64,000 nucleotides of DNA from NCBI GenBank assembly GCA_043799385.1, contig JAZDNV010000001.1, positions 102,250-166,249 of the forward strand, in the 5' to 3' direction. This document shows, one piece after another, positions 49,404-58,984 of this stretch. Position 1 is the stretch's first letter. Each line of letters opens with the position of its first letter. Both the position numbers and the translations under genes were made by a program. The stretch is from Candidatus Aenigmatarchaeota archaeon. GTDB lineage: Archaea > Aenigmatarchaeota > Aenigmatarchaeia > GW2011-AR5. The notes beneath the pieces were generated by a model. That model ran no database searches. It saw only the letters and a list, made by a program, of their open reading frames with translations, and had not been told where the DNA came from.

Positions 49404-49942
49404 TTGTCCGCATATATTATACAGTTCATGAAAAGTTCAAAATATTTTGCACGTATTTTATTTCTGTCAAATCCAGCCTCTGCGAGAATATCCATTATTT
49501 CAGAGCGGTAGTACGTTTTTTTATGCTCTTCTGCACCTTTTTTTGAGACAAGTTGCAAACTACCTAGAAATTGTATGATGAAATTTGCGATAGGCGTTGG
49601 CGTCGTGATTATCAATCGGCCGCCGCTTCTCAAGACCCTGCGGCATTCCTTCATTACATCCACTATGGTGTCTTCTTCTATATGCTCAAAGACTGCAAGC
49701 ATTGTTATGCAGTCAAAATAGTCTTGTTTGAACGGCAACCCCTTTCTTATGTCCCCTTTCATACACCTTGAATCTCTTGGCAGGTCAATGTCGATGCCAT
49801 ACTTGTCTTTGAAATCGACATGCTTCAGCAAATAACCGGAGCCGCAGCCCAAATCTAATATCCTTCCCCTGGATTCTGGCAGATATTTGTTCGTCTGACT
49901 TATTCTCATTGATCTAAGAAACGGTTCTAACAACTCGCTCAT
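49400..49942 (-). CDS. Class I SAM-dependent methyltransferase
   Basis: ILDLGCGSG, FD, AVFEH, RVLRSGG. Confidence 0.88.
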   Translation of the reverse strand: MSELLEPFLRSMRISQTNKYLPESRGRILDLGCGSGYLLKHVDFKDKYGIDIDLPRDSRCMKGDIRKGLPFKQDYFDCITMLAVFEHIEEDTIVDVMKECRRVLRSGGRLIITTPTPIANFIIQFLGSLQLVSKKGAEEHKKTYYRSEIMDILAEAGFDRNKIRAKYFELFMNCIIYADK

Positions 49943-49944
49943 AG

Positions 49945-51045
49945 TTATTCAAATTTTACTCTAAATAACTTCACTTCCCCTCCCCAGTTATTTACGAACT
50001 CAAAGTTTTCGAGCCCCTGGCCGTTAAAGAAGTACATTTTAGTGAACAACGAATTCTCGAGTTCAGGCGGTATGTAAATCAGCAGTTGCCTGTCAGGCGT
50101 CAGCCATAACAGGCCCTTGATTTCAGAGTCAGGGTAAGTCTTTACAGCTCCCATGCCATCCTTTGTGACATAGAATATTTTTTCAACTGACAGGAATTGG
50201 CTGCCCTGCTGAAGATAAGGCTTTATTGTCCCATTTATTTCATATAAGACGAATGACTGCTGTTCTGCCATCGGATACGTGTAAGCTATCGCGTTCTGTG
50301 CAACTATAGGCTTTGCTTGGCTCAGGCCAAGCATGAGATAATAGTATTTCTTACCCTTTTCGGCAGGTTCCCATGTTGTGAAGTACGACCACCATACGCT
50401 CTTGCTTATTAGGTCAGATGAAGCTATGTAGTAAAGCTCATCACAACCCAGTTTCTTATACTCTTTCAAAATATCCAGCGCCAACGTCTCGTTTCCCGTG
50501 AGCAATGTTGCGGCTATGTCCTGTATTCGTGCTGTCGTGACAGTGCCGTTCGAAAACATCATAATACGGTTTATGCCGTTGTCGTATTTCTTTATCACCA
50601 TACCCGATTCGTCGCTGCTGGTGTTTCTTATCAGCAGAGCGTTCTGCGAAGCGCCATCGAAAACGACCGCTCGCTGCGCGATTCCTGTTATGAAATGCCC
50701 TGGGTCCCAGTACGTCGCAATAACTGCGCAATCCTTTGTGTTATTTCTGATCCAGTTCAATGCGTTGAACCAGTTGTCGGATAAAACGGTGCCCTGTGAT
50801 TTTGCTACGTACAACCCCGGTGAAAAGTAAAATGAGTATGTAATGGAAAATATCATGAACATCAATAAAGTAAGGTATATCTCCCTCTTTTCGATGAATT
50901 TTGTCGCGTACAATGCCCATGAAATAATTGCAATCACGAACATTACTGCAAACCACTCAAGAATTAAGACGGATGCGTTAAGCACAAAGATGAGTATCAA
51001 TGACAGCAGCGACAACCCGACCAATGAAAGTATTCTTTTATCCAT
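49945..51045 (-). CDS. aglB: Oligosaccharyltransferase AglB/STT3, C-terminal half
   Basis: W..AL.WI..NT, WWDYG-equivalent YWDPGH, DK motif DLISK, SLFTKMY. Confidence 0.85.
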   Translation of the reverse strand: MDKRILSLVGLSLLSLILIFVLNASVLILEWFAVMFVIAIISWALYATKFIEKREIYLTLLMFMIFSITYSFYFSPGLYVAKSQGTVLSDNWFNALNWIRNNTKDCAVIATYWDPGHFITGIAQRAVVFDGASQNALLIRNTSSDESGMVIKKYDNGINRIMMFSNGTVTTARIQDIAATLLTGNETLALDILKEYKKLGCDELYYIASSDLISKSVWWSYFTTWEPAEKGKKYYYLMLGLSQAKPIVAQNAIAYTYPMAEQQSFVLYEINGTIKPYLQQGSQFLSVEKIFYVTKDGMGAVKTYPDSEIKGLLWLTPDRQLLIYIPPELENSLFTKMYFFNGQGLENFEFVNNWGGEVKLFRVKFE

Positions 51046-51046
51046 A

Positions 51047-52243
51047 TCAATCCTCAAGTTTTTCATTTTCAGTAATAACCCTCAGCAGTTTTGATAGCAA
51101 TATTGCTGAACCAATCGCCATTGGCGCTGAGAACAGAATCGAAAATCTTACCGCGATTATGGTCGCCAGCAACGGGCCTATGAACCATATCGAAAGTAGA
51201 ATAATCGTGTCCAAGTGCTGTTTTTTCCTGTAGTAAGAGTAGAACAAATATATCAGACAATAGAGCATGAGGAAGAATGGTGATATAATAATCGCTATCC
51301 CGCCGATGGCGCTCGTTCTTTGTATTATATTTCTTATGTCGCCGGATTCCTGCATCTCTGCGACCGAAACGTAAACGTTAGGGAATTCGCCGGCTTCGCT
51401 TTTGATGTCACCGAACGTGAACGGTCCCTGCACGGTTGAAACGATGTGACTCACCCCCAATATAGGTACGGTCATGCAGAAATACGTGATAGCCATTATG
51501 ACGAACATCAATAAAATACATTTTGAATTGTGAATGAATTCTTTCCTTGACTGCAAATAATTCGTTATTAACTTCAGAACTAAGAAGCCTGTTATCAGCC
51601 ATACTACGTACCACCAACCTGCCCATGAATATGCCCAGATCCCCAGGAATATTCCGGTAAGAACAGAATACATAACTGCTTTTTTATCAAGAACTTTTTT
51701 CAGGTCTATGTATTTGTATGTAATCAGGAATAACGCGATTACGATTAATGGCAGTAAAAGTGTGAAAGCATCCGAGTCTGGATCGCCGCCCAGCGTTCGG
51801 CTCATTACGGCAACGTCAAAGACGATGAAGAAAGCGGCTATGATGCCTGCTCGCTTGTCGTAGAGAATCTTTCCGATAAAATACATTGGTATTGCCATCA
51901 GCGAAGCCAGCAATGCCGGAAGATATATCAGGTACTGCCACAGCTCAAGGTTAGGCATGAAAGATTTGAACAACATGTAGCCCCATGCGCCAAGGTATTG
52001 GTAGAAGAACGGATAATTGGTTGGAACTGGATGGCCGTATGGTGCCTGGTCAAGATAGTCGTAATTTGGCATCAAGCCGTTGTTGTCGATTATCATGTTC
52101 ATCTGCTTCATAAACGCGTATGAATCTATGTTGCGCAGGTACGGCCATCGGTAATCTATCGTCCTCACGTACATGCCCAGGAATATTATGAGCACTACAA
52201 TGATTATTGCCCAATACCTTACCAAGAAATTTTTCAAATCCAC
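51047..52243 (-). CDS. aglB: Oligosaccharyltransferase AglB/STT3, N-terminal membrane half
   Basis: IDSY, APYG, SRTLGGDPDSD, W.G..Y, SVAE (TIxE/SVSE), AVRF. Confidence 0.85.
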   Translation of the reverse strand: MDLKNFLVRYWAIIIVVLIIFLGMYVRTIDYRWPYLRNIDSYAFMKQMNMIIDNNGLMPNYDYLDQAPYGHPVPTNYPFFYQYLGAWGYMLFKSFMPNLELWQYLIYLPALLASLMAIPMYFIGKILYDKRAGIIAAFFIVFDVAVMSRTLGGDPDSDAFTLLLPLIVIALFLITYKYIDLKKVLDKKAVMYSVLTGIFLGIWAYSWAGWWYVVWLITGFLVLKLITNYLQSRKEFIHNSKCILLMFVIMAITYFCMTVPILGVSHIVSTVQGPFTFGDIKSEAGEFPNVYVSVAEMQESGDIRNIIQRTSAIGGIAIIISPFFLMLYCLIYLFYSYYRKKQHLDTIILLSIWFIGPLLATIIAVRFSILFSAPMAIGSAILLSKLLRVITENEKLED

Positions 52244-52247
52244 AGCA

Positions 52248-53399
52248 TCACTTCGGATTCAGATTGAATGTATTTATGTAAAGGTCTTCATTGCCATGCC
52301 TTACTGTAAATAGAATGAACAAAACTATAAAAACTGTATAAATCAGATTTATGTGCATTTTGTACTTACCTTCACTAAGCTTTGCTACCATCATGAATGC
52401 AGGAAACAGGACTAAAACGAATCTTGGTATGCCGAACAGCAGAGACGTAGATATGGGAAGAATAAGACTCAGCACAGAATAAATACCGTACTCTTTTTTG
52501 ATGTGCCTTAATGACAGCAAGGACAGTGCGATGAATGCTGCAGCTACGGCTATGTCAAAAAAGTAATAGATTGTCCCGCCAAAAGTCTTTGATGTTATTC
52601 CCATGTAGAACGTGTTTATGAATGCTACCCATGGCAATGCAAGCTCCCGTGCAAACCCCTGCTGGGCCTTGAACATCATGAACGCATCGCCTATGGAAAA
52701 ATAATGGTATGCCATTATCGTAAGTATGCCTAAAGGTATCAGTAATATGAAAAGAACGTTCGGACTTATCCTGAATTTCTTCTCGCGAAGGTAGATGTAC
52801 AATATCGGTAAAAGCAGGATTACGCCTTGCGATCTCGTCAGTGATGCAAAAAACCCGGCGATTCCCGAATGCATGTATTTCCCCTCTTGTGCAAACCAGA
52901 AGCAGGCCAATGACAAGAACAGAAACAACGACTCTGTGTACGCTGCCGTGAAGAAATAGGCAGTCGGGAATAGCAAAAGATAGAAAACGGTCTTATACGC
53001 CATTTTACCATTCATCTCCTTCTTGACTAGCAGATAAAGCATTGTCACCGCAAGGAATGAGAATATGTTTGATATGAGAAAGGCGGCAATATCATAACCA
53101 AGAAAACCGATTGCCTTTATCATCAGCGGATAGAGAGGATACCAAGCGTAGTTGCCCATACCTTCATTGAAGTTGGGATTATAGCCGTTTTTTGCTATAT
53201 CCAGGTACGCTCCTGCGTCTGACTGCATCCACGGATTAAGGAACAGACTATCACTGCGGATCTGACGGTGCGTGAGTTCGATTGGTATAAGCTGGCTGAA
53301 AATACCGACAACAAGCAAAACAATCTTGATGAGCAGAAAGATTGCCACCACTCTTTTATAGAACCCATCTTTCCACAATGTTCTGAATTTATTCATCAT
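52248..53399 (-). CDS. GT-C mannosyltransferase (PIG-V-like)
   Basis: W..SDA..YL.IA..GY, AWYPLYP, YTESLFL, TRSQG, PRF. Confidence 0.82.
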   Translation of the reverse strand: MMNKFRTLWKDGFYKRVVAIFLLIKIVLLVVGIFSQLIPIELTHRQIRSDSLFLNPWMQSDAGAYLDIAKNGYNPNFNEGMGNYAWYPLYPLMIKAIGFLGYDIAAFLISNIFSFLAVTMLYLLVKKEMNGKMAYKTVFYLLLFPTAYFFTAAYTESLFLFLSLACFWFAQEGKYMHSGIAGFFASLTRSQGVILLLPILYIYLREKKFRISPNVLFILLIPLGILTIMAYHYFSIGDAFMMFKAQQGFARELALPWVAFINTFYMGITSKTFGGTIYYFFDIAVAAAFIALSLLSLRHIKKEYGIYSVLSLILPISTSLLFGIPRFVLVLFPAFMMVAKLSEGKYKMHINLIYTVFIVLFILFTVRHGNEDLYINTFNLNPK

Positions 53400-53452
53400 A
53401 ACTAAATCTATTTTTTTGTTAAGCTTTTATTCATTGTGTTTAAAATGATTCT

Positions 53453-54106
53453 ATGAAGTACAGGGAGCAATGGGATGACCATTGGAAAAAGCTTGACAAG
53501 TCATTCTTTGGAAGACTAACGGAATTCCATAGAAAGATTATAATATCCAAGGCAGTCAGCTACTACATGGACAGGTATTTTCCAGACAAAGGCACATTCG
53601 TTGAGTGCGGTTCTGGAACTTCGCAGACATCCATAAAAATAAACAAAAGAAAAAGAAGACTAATTGCATTGGACATATCGTCTCAGGCGCTCAACGAAGC
53701 CAGAAACGTCAAAAAGATAGACCACTTCATCAAGGCTGATATATTTCGCCTGCCGTTCAAAGACGATTGCATAGACGGCATATGGAACCTTGGCGTTATG
53801 GAACACTTTAGCAAATCTGAAATAAGCCATGTACTCAGCGAGTTCTACCGAGTAATGAAAGACGGTTCGCATATAATCCTTTTCTGGCCGCCCATGCACG
53901 GCTCGTCGCAGATAGCGCTGAGGCCGGTTGAAAAATTCTTCAACATGCTCAAAAAGGAAAAGTTTCAGTTCTTTCCAGGCGAGATAAGCAAACCGAAATC
54001 AAGGAGCCATGCAAAGAGCTTGTTGGGTTCAAAGTTCAAGGTGGTTGACATACACTTTGACCGCAGAGACATGTTCACTCATTATGTTGTTGTTTGCAGA
54101 AAATAG
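53453..54106 (+). CDS. Class I SAM-dependent methyltransferase
   Basis: ECGSG, ADIFRLPF, LGVMEHF, RVMK. Confidence 0.85.
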   Translation: MKYREQWDDHWKKLDKSFFGRLTEFHRKIIISKAVSYYMDRYFPDKGTFVECGSGTSQTSIKINKRKRRLIALDISSQALNEARNVKKIDHFIKADIFRLPFKDDCIDGIWNLGVMEHFSKSEISHVLSEFYRVMKDGSHIILFWPPMHGSSQIALRPVEKFFNMLKKEKFQFFPGEISKPKSRSHAKSLLGSKFKVVDIHFDRRDMFTHYVVVCRK

Positions 54107-54790
54107 CTAGAATTTCTTTCTTATGCTGTGAACGTACAGGTTCATGACATGCCTTATATATCTTGAAATTTCTTTTGGTGTCATTATCTTGCTTTTGCCT
54201 GCTTTTCTGTTTATGAAGATGAAAGGGACTTCTATGAAATTTTTGTACTTGCCCTTGACCATTATTTCCAGGCATATCTTGCAACTATCAGGATTGATGC
54301 TCACGCCATCTATAACGCTTTTTTTAACAAGGAAGAAACCTGACATCGGATCTTTTATTTTTGCTATAGGCTTTACCAGAAGTATCGCTGATTTTGATAT
54401 CAATCTCCTGAGCTTTGTCCACTTCTCATCCGCTCCTCCGCCTGGTATATACCTGCTGGCTACAACAACATCATAATCCTTTATCTTTTCAATCATTCTT
54501 CTCAACGTTTCCGGTGGGTGGCTCAGGTCCGCGTCCATCACGCCGACTATATCGGTTTCTGCTGCCTTGAAGCCATCGAGAATCGCCGAGCCAAGACCGG
54601 ATTTGTTCTTGCGGTGAAGCACGTTTACACGTCTGCATGTCTTCTTTAATTTTTCTGCAATTTCACCAGTTCCGTCCGGAGAATTGTCATCTACTACCAA
54701 TATTCTGATGGCTTTTATCTTCAGCAAATCTTTGACAAGTATTGGAAGGTTCTTGCTCTCATTGTACGTTGGCACGATTATCGTTATCAT
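54107..54790 (-). CDS. Polyprenol monophosphomannose synthase (DPM1-like GT2)
   Basis: PTYNE, DDNSPDGT, GLGSA, MDADLSHPP, SRY..GG, DPMSGFF. Confidence 0.9.
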   Translation of the reverse strand: MITIIVPTYNESKNLPILVKDLLKIKAIRILVVDDNSPDGTGEIAEKLKKTCRRVNVLHRKNKSGLGSAILDGFKAAETDIVGVMDADLSHPPETLRRMIEKIKDYDVVVASRYIPGGGADEKWTKLRRLISKSAILLVKPIAKIKDPMSGFFLVKKSVIDGVSINPDSCKICLEIMVKGKYKNFIEVPFIFINRKAGKSKIMTPKEISRYIRHVMNLYVHSIRKKF

Positions 54791-54791
54791 T

Positions 54792-55487
54792 TCAATCAAC
54801 AAACCTGTATTTTATTATTGCATACAACGCCTTCACGCCGTCCTTCCAGTTTATCTTTTTTCCCTCGCTGAAATTTCTAGGATTAAAGGATATCGGAACC
54901 TCGTATATCCTGTACCCGCGTTTAAGAATCTTTGCTGTAATCTCAGGCTCTATTTCAAATCTGTTGGATTTGAGCGTTATATTCTTTACAACGTCTTTTT
55001 TGAAGACCTTGTAGCACGTCTCCATGTCTGTTATGTTTTTTCCGTACACAAGATTCATCGCCAAGTTCAAAAGCTTATTTCCCATGTAGTGCGAAGGGAT
55101 ACTTGTTTTACCCTTTCCAAAGAGTTTCAGCTTCTTGCCAACCAGCCTTGAGCCATAGACCACGTCTTTGCCGTTCATTATAGGATCGAGCAATTTCTTG
55201 TAGTCTTGCGGGTCGTATTCAAGGTCGGCATCCTGTATCAATATTACATCGCCCGTGGCTTTTGCCAGGCCCGTGCGCACGGCACGGCCCTTGCCCATGT
55301 TTTTTTCATGGTAGAACACCTTACACCCTTTCAGCTTTTTCAGGACGTTCCTAGTTCCGTCCGTGGAGAAATCATCGACGATTATAATCTCTTTACCAAT
55401 CTTCAGCTCGACCCTTTTTATCCTATCCACTATTTCCGCTATGGTTCTGTATTCGTTGTAGACCGGTATGATAATTGATAATTTCAT
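54792..55487 (-). CDS. Glycosyltransferase family 2 (DPM1-like)
   Basis: [36 protein letters not shown]. Confidence 0.9.
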   Translation of the reverse strand: MKLSIIIPVYNEYRTIAEIVDRIKRVELKIGKEIIIVDDFSTDGTRNVLKKLKGCKVFYHEKNMGKGRAVRTGLAKATGDVILIQDADLEYDPQDYKKLLDPIMNGKDVVYGSRLVGKKLKLFGKGKTSIPSHYMGNKLLNLAMNLVYGKNITDMETCYKVFKKDVVKNITLKSNRFEIEPEITAKILKRGYRIYEVPISFNPRNFSEGKKINWKDGVKALYAIIKYRFVD

Positions 55488-55490
55488 AAC

Positions 55491-56873
55491 TTATGCCAAC
55501 CATCTGTATATCCTTAAGAGCACGAATTTTAAATTCTCAAGGTTCTTTATCTCGGAGAGCATTTTCAGCATTATGTGCGGCCGCAGATAGAAGCGCAGGA
55601 ACGCCTTTCTCCTCAGGTTCTTTAATTGCCTTTCACTTATTCCGTCAGGCGTCCACACTATCTTGTCAAGCGAGAATTTATCCCAGTCAAGTTTTTTTAT
55701 CTTGCCCTGCCTGACAAGGTCGTTGTACGCTTCTGTCCCTGGGAACGGCTTATACGCAGAAAAGCCCGCTCTTTTTAGCGGAAGTTTGCAGGCAAAATCT
55801 ATTGTTGCATTGATGTCAGCGATTGTCTCTCCGGGGTAGCCGAGAATGAAGAATCCAATTATCTCCAATCCTTGGTCGTGAATCATGTTGGCCTTTTTTT
55901 CTATGGTTTCGGACATAAGATTTTTTTTCATAAGTTTCCTTATCCTGTCGACTCCGGACTCGACGCCAACTGAAATGGAATAAAGGCCTGATTTCTTCAT
56001 CAGTTTCAGCAGTTTCGGGTCCAGCGTGTCTATTCTCACCCCGTTCGGGCAGGCCCAGCTTACGCCAAGATTTTTCTTGATTAACTTTTTGCAGAACTCT
56101 TCGACGAATCTTCTGTTCATGGTGAAATTGTCGTCTTCTATATGAATCTCGCGAATGCCGTAATTCTTGACAAGGAACTCTATCTGGCTTATCGCGTAAT
56201 CGACGCTGTGGCTGCGTATCTTCCTGCCGCTTATCACAGAGCCGCCGCAGTAGGTGCACTGAAACGGACAGCCGCGCGTTATGATTAGCGGCGCGGTAGG
56301 GTATTGCTTGCAGAACGCGCCGTGCGGAGCGAGCGGGTAGCTCTTGAGGTCATATAAATCCCAACTAGGATCGAAGTCGTCGAGATTTTCTGGAAAGACC
56401 CTATCTGTCTTATGTATCTTATTTCCAGCGCGATATGCAATTCCAGGCACGCTCTTTATACGCTTCTCCATCGAATTTGCAATCATGCTGACGAATTTAG
56501 GAAAACTAATTTCAGCTTCTCCGATAAAAACATAATCAACATCTTTCAAGTAGTTCAGCGTTCCAGTTGGATCCAACGTTGCCTGAGGACCGCCAACGAC
56601 AACGATTGCATTCGGCATCAATTCTTTTACGATTCTGGAGAATTCTTTTACAGTGTTCAGGTCAACTGTGTAACACTGCAGACCGATTATATCGAATCTC
56701 TTGCCAACAAGATAATCCTTGAACTTATCCGCCTTCCATCCATTCTTTATGCAGTCCAGTATTGTAACGTTATGCTCCCTCACCGTGCTTGAGATATAAC
56801 CAAGGCCCAGTGGTGGCTGGACCTCATTCGTTATCTGGAAAGGCTTTACAAGCAGTATGTTTAGCTTTTTCAT
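55491..56873 (-). CDS. B12-binding domain radical SAM protein
   Basis: PPLGLGY, GGP, GEAE, TRGCPFQCTYC, EDDNF, GVESG, PFPGT. Confidence 0.92.
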   Translation of the reverse strand: MKKLNILLVKPFQITNEVQPPLGLGYISSTVREHNVTILDCIKNGWKADKFKDYLVGKRFDIIGLQCYTVDLNTVKEFSRIVKELMPNAIVVVGGPQATLDPTGTLNYLKDVDYVFIGEAEISFPKFVSMIANSMEKRIKSVPGIAYRAGNKIHKTDRVFPENLDDFDPSWDLYDLKSYPLAPHGAFCKQYPTAPLIITRGCPFQCTYCGGSVISGRKIRSHSVDYAISQIEFLVKNYGIREIHIEDDNFTMNRRFVEEFCKKLIKKNLGVSWACPNGVRIDTLDPKLLKLMKKSGLYSISVGVESGVDRIRKLMKKNLMSETIEKKANMIHDQGLEIIGFFILGYPGETIADINATIDFACKLPLKRAGFSAYKPFPGTEAYNDLVRQGKIKKLDWDKFSLDKIVWTPDGISERQLKNLRRKAFLRFYLRPHIMLKMLSEIKNLENLKFVLLRIYRWLA

Positions 56874-56926
56874 ATTTTTAAAATATGAACGAATTATTTA
56901 TATAAATAGCATCGATTATTGATATT

Positions 56927-57874
56927 ATGCTGAAAAGATACAGGTTTCTGTTGCTGGGTATAAGCATTGCAATCCTTGCAGCGATAGTATGGTATTCGAA
57001 CCCCGCTGCTTTGGTATCGCTGCTCTACACGGCTGATATGAAATGGATAGTAATTGCTTTTATCATCTCGAACATATCGATATGCCTGAGGGTATTGAAA
57101 TGGAAGGTCTTACTGAAAAATGTCGGCTTCCGTGAACTTTACCCCGTTCAGATTCTAGGCATGACCATAAGCAACTTCACGCCCGGTAAGCTCGGCGAGC
57201 CGATAAAAGCCATTATACTAAAGATGCGAAAAGGCTTGGCAGTATCCGAGACGTTGCCATCGATCATGTGGGAGAGGATAATGGATATAGCAATACTTAT
57301 AATTTTTTCAATAGTAGCGTTACAGTTTATCAGTCTTGATTCAAGGTTCTTTCTGATAAGCTTAATAAGCGTTGGAATTTTTTCATCTGTAATATTAACG
57401 CTTTCAATAATTATATACAGCAGAAAAATTGGCGTCAGGTTTTTCGCATTTTTCAAGAAATTTCCATTTTTGAATAAAGTATCTGATAATTTCATAGAAA
57501 CTTTCTATAGTAGCAAGATAAAAAAAAGAGGAATATTCAAGTGCCTGATTCTGACGATATTTCCATGGCTTTTTGAGGGCGTTATACTCTATCTTTCTTT
57601 TCTTGCTTTTGGCATAACAACTAATCCGCTGGTGCTGGCCGGCATAGTTGCCCTGTCGGTATTGATAGGCGTAGCGAGCTTCCTGCCCGGCGGAATGGGC
57701 TCTGCCGACGTGGCGATGATATTTATTCTCGGCATGACCGGACTAGGAAATACCGTTACAGTTGCCGCCGTGCTGCTTTATCGATTTCTCTCGCTTTGGT
57801 ACGGAATCTTAATAGGCGGTCTATCGTTCGTCTATCTCAGCAGAAAGATGGACTTGAAAAAAATTCTAGATTAG
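56927..57874 (+). CDS. Lysylphosphatidylglycerol-synthase TM / flippase-like membrane protein (UPF0104)
   Basis: R..KW, N.TPGKLGE, ERIMD, PGGMG, YR. Confidence 0.85.
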   Translation: MLKRYRFLLLGISIAILAAIVWYSNPAALVSLLYTADMKWIVIAFIISNISICLRVLKWKVLLKNVGFRELYPVQILGMTISNFTPGKLGEPIKAIILKMRKGLAVSETLPSIMWERIMDIAILIIFSIVALQFISLDSRFFLISLISVGIFSSVILTLSIIIYSRKIGVRFFAFFKKFPFLNKVSDNFIETFYSSKIKKRGIFKCLILTIFPWLFEGVILYLSFLAFGITTNPLVLAGIVALSVLIGVASFLPGGMGSADVAMIFILGMTGLGNTVTVAAVLLYRFLSLWYGILIGGLSFVYLSRKMDLKKILD

Positions 57875-58947
57875 AAAGCCAGCGGGAATTTTGTTATTGC
57901 AAACTTCAGTAATTTAAGCCGCGGCAGTTTTGTCCAGATTTTTGTGAATTTATCATAATCGAACTCTTCTATTCTTTCTATATGCGGGCCAAAATCCCTG
58001 AATATACTGTCAACGTCCTTGTTGGTGAGATTTCTGTATATCTTCCTCAAAAATAACTGCAAACGTATTTCGTGGCCGAAGTCTTTCTTCCACATGCCCT
58101 CATACTGCTTCAGAAAATTCTCGTCATAGCGCTTTGTTTTCAACGCAGCTTTTATCACTATTGCAGCGTGTCTTGCAGCGGACATGGAAAAGATTATACC
58201 GCCGCCTGTCAGCGGCTTGACGTGGCCGCACGCGTCGCCAACGAGCAAAGCGCGTTTGGCATAAGATTTCGTGTAGCCGATTGGTATCGGGCTTGCGGTC
58301 ACATCGCCTTCTGGCAAACAAAGATTCTTCTTGAAGTATTCGAAGTATTCTGCAGGACGGATTGCCGTGACGAGTCCGTACTCGTTGTTCTTCACCCATG
58401 AAAAGAAATCAGGCGAGAAATATTTGTTGAAATAGATTTTTACGTTGGATTGGATTTCTGCTTTGCACATGATTCCGGCAGAAATTTTCGGTGACGGAAT
58501 GTTAAGGCTTTTCCTTACAGTTGACAGCGCGCCATCACAGCCGATTACCATCCTGCCATCGTAGCTTCCTTGCTCTGTCTGGACATTAACGCAGTTCTGG
58601 AAATAATTTATTTTTTTCACAGTTTCGTATTGGTACTTCGCATTCTCCCGTGCCTTTCTCCTCAGCGCTTCCAGAAGACTCCCATTGTCCAGAACGTATG
58701 CGAACGGCTTTTCAGACTTGAGCGAGAATTGCAAACCAGATGGCGATATCGCATTCATCTCTCTTATCTCTTCCTTGACGAAATCGTCAAATGATTTGAA
58801 AAAATCATAGAGCTTATTTGAAACGATACCCGAATCCTTCGGCAGTGCTTTTTTATCTTTTTCGATAATCAATACATCCAGGTTCTTCAGCAGGCCTGCT
58901 AGATACGCTCCTGCAAAGCCAGAACCAACGATAATACAGTCAAACAT
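57871..58947 (-). CDS. Geranylgeranyl reductase family FAD oxidoreductase
   Basis: IVGSGFAG, IGCDG..S.VR, LVGDACG.VKPLTGGGI. Confidence 0.8.
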   Translation of the reverse strand: MFDCIIVGSGFAGAYLAGLLKNLDVLIIEKDKKALPKDSGIVSNKLYDFFKSFDDFVKEEIREMNAISPSGLQFSLKSEKPFAYVLDNGSLLEALRRKARENAKYQYETVKKINYFQNCVNVQTEQGSYDGRMVIGCDGALSTVRKSLNIPSPKISAGIMCKAEIQSNVKIYFNKYFSPDFFSWVKNNEYGLVTAIRPAEYFEYFKKNLCLPEGDVTASPIPIGYTKSYAKRALLVGDACGHVKPLTGGGIIFSMSAARHAAIVIKAALKTKRYDENFLKQYEGMWKKDFGHEIRLQLFLRKIYRNLTNKDVDSIFRDFGPHIERIEEFDYDKFTKIWTKLPRLKLLKFAITKFPLAF

Positions 58948-58984
58948 TTTTAAAGTATGACGAAAAGATTAATAAGGTTATAGC

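Noticed and set aside
10620..57880. Abutting or overlapping 3' ends of convergent genes (e.g. 10633/10634, 21509-21512, 27237-27252, 34708-34721, 57871-57874)
   Set aside because: An ordinary consequence of genome compaction, with no specific antisense signal.
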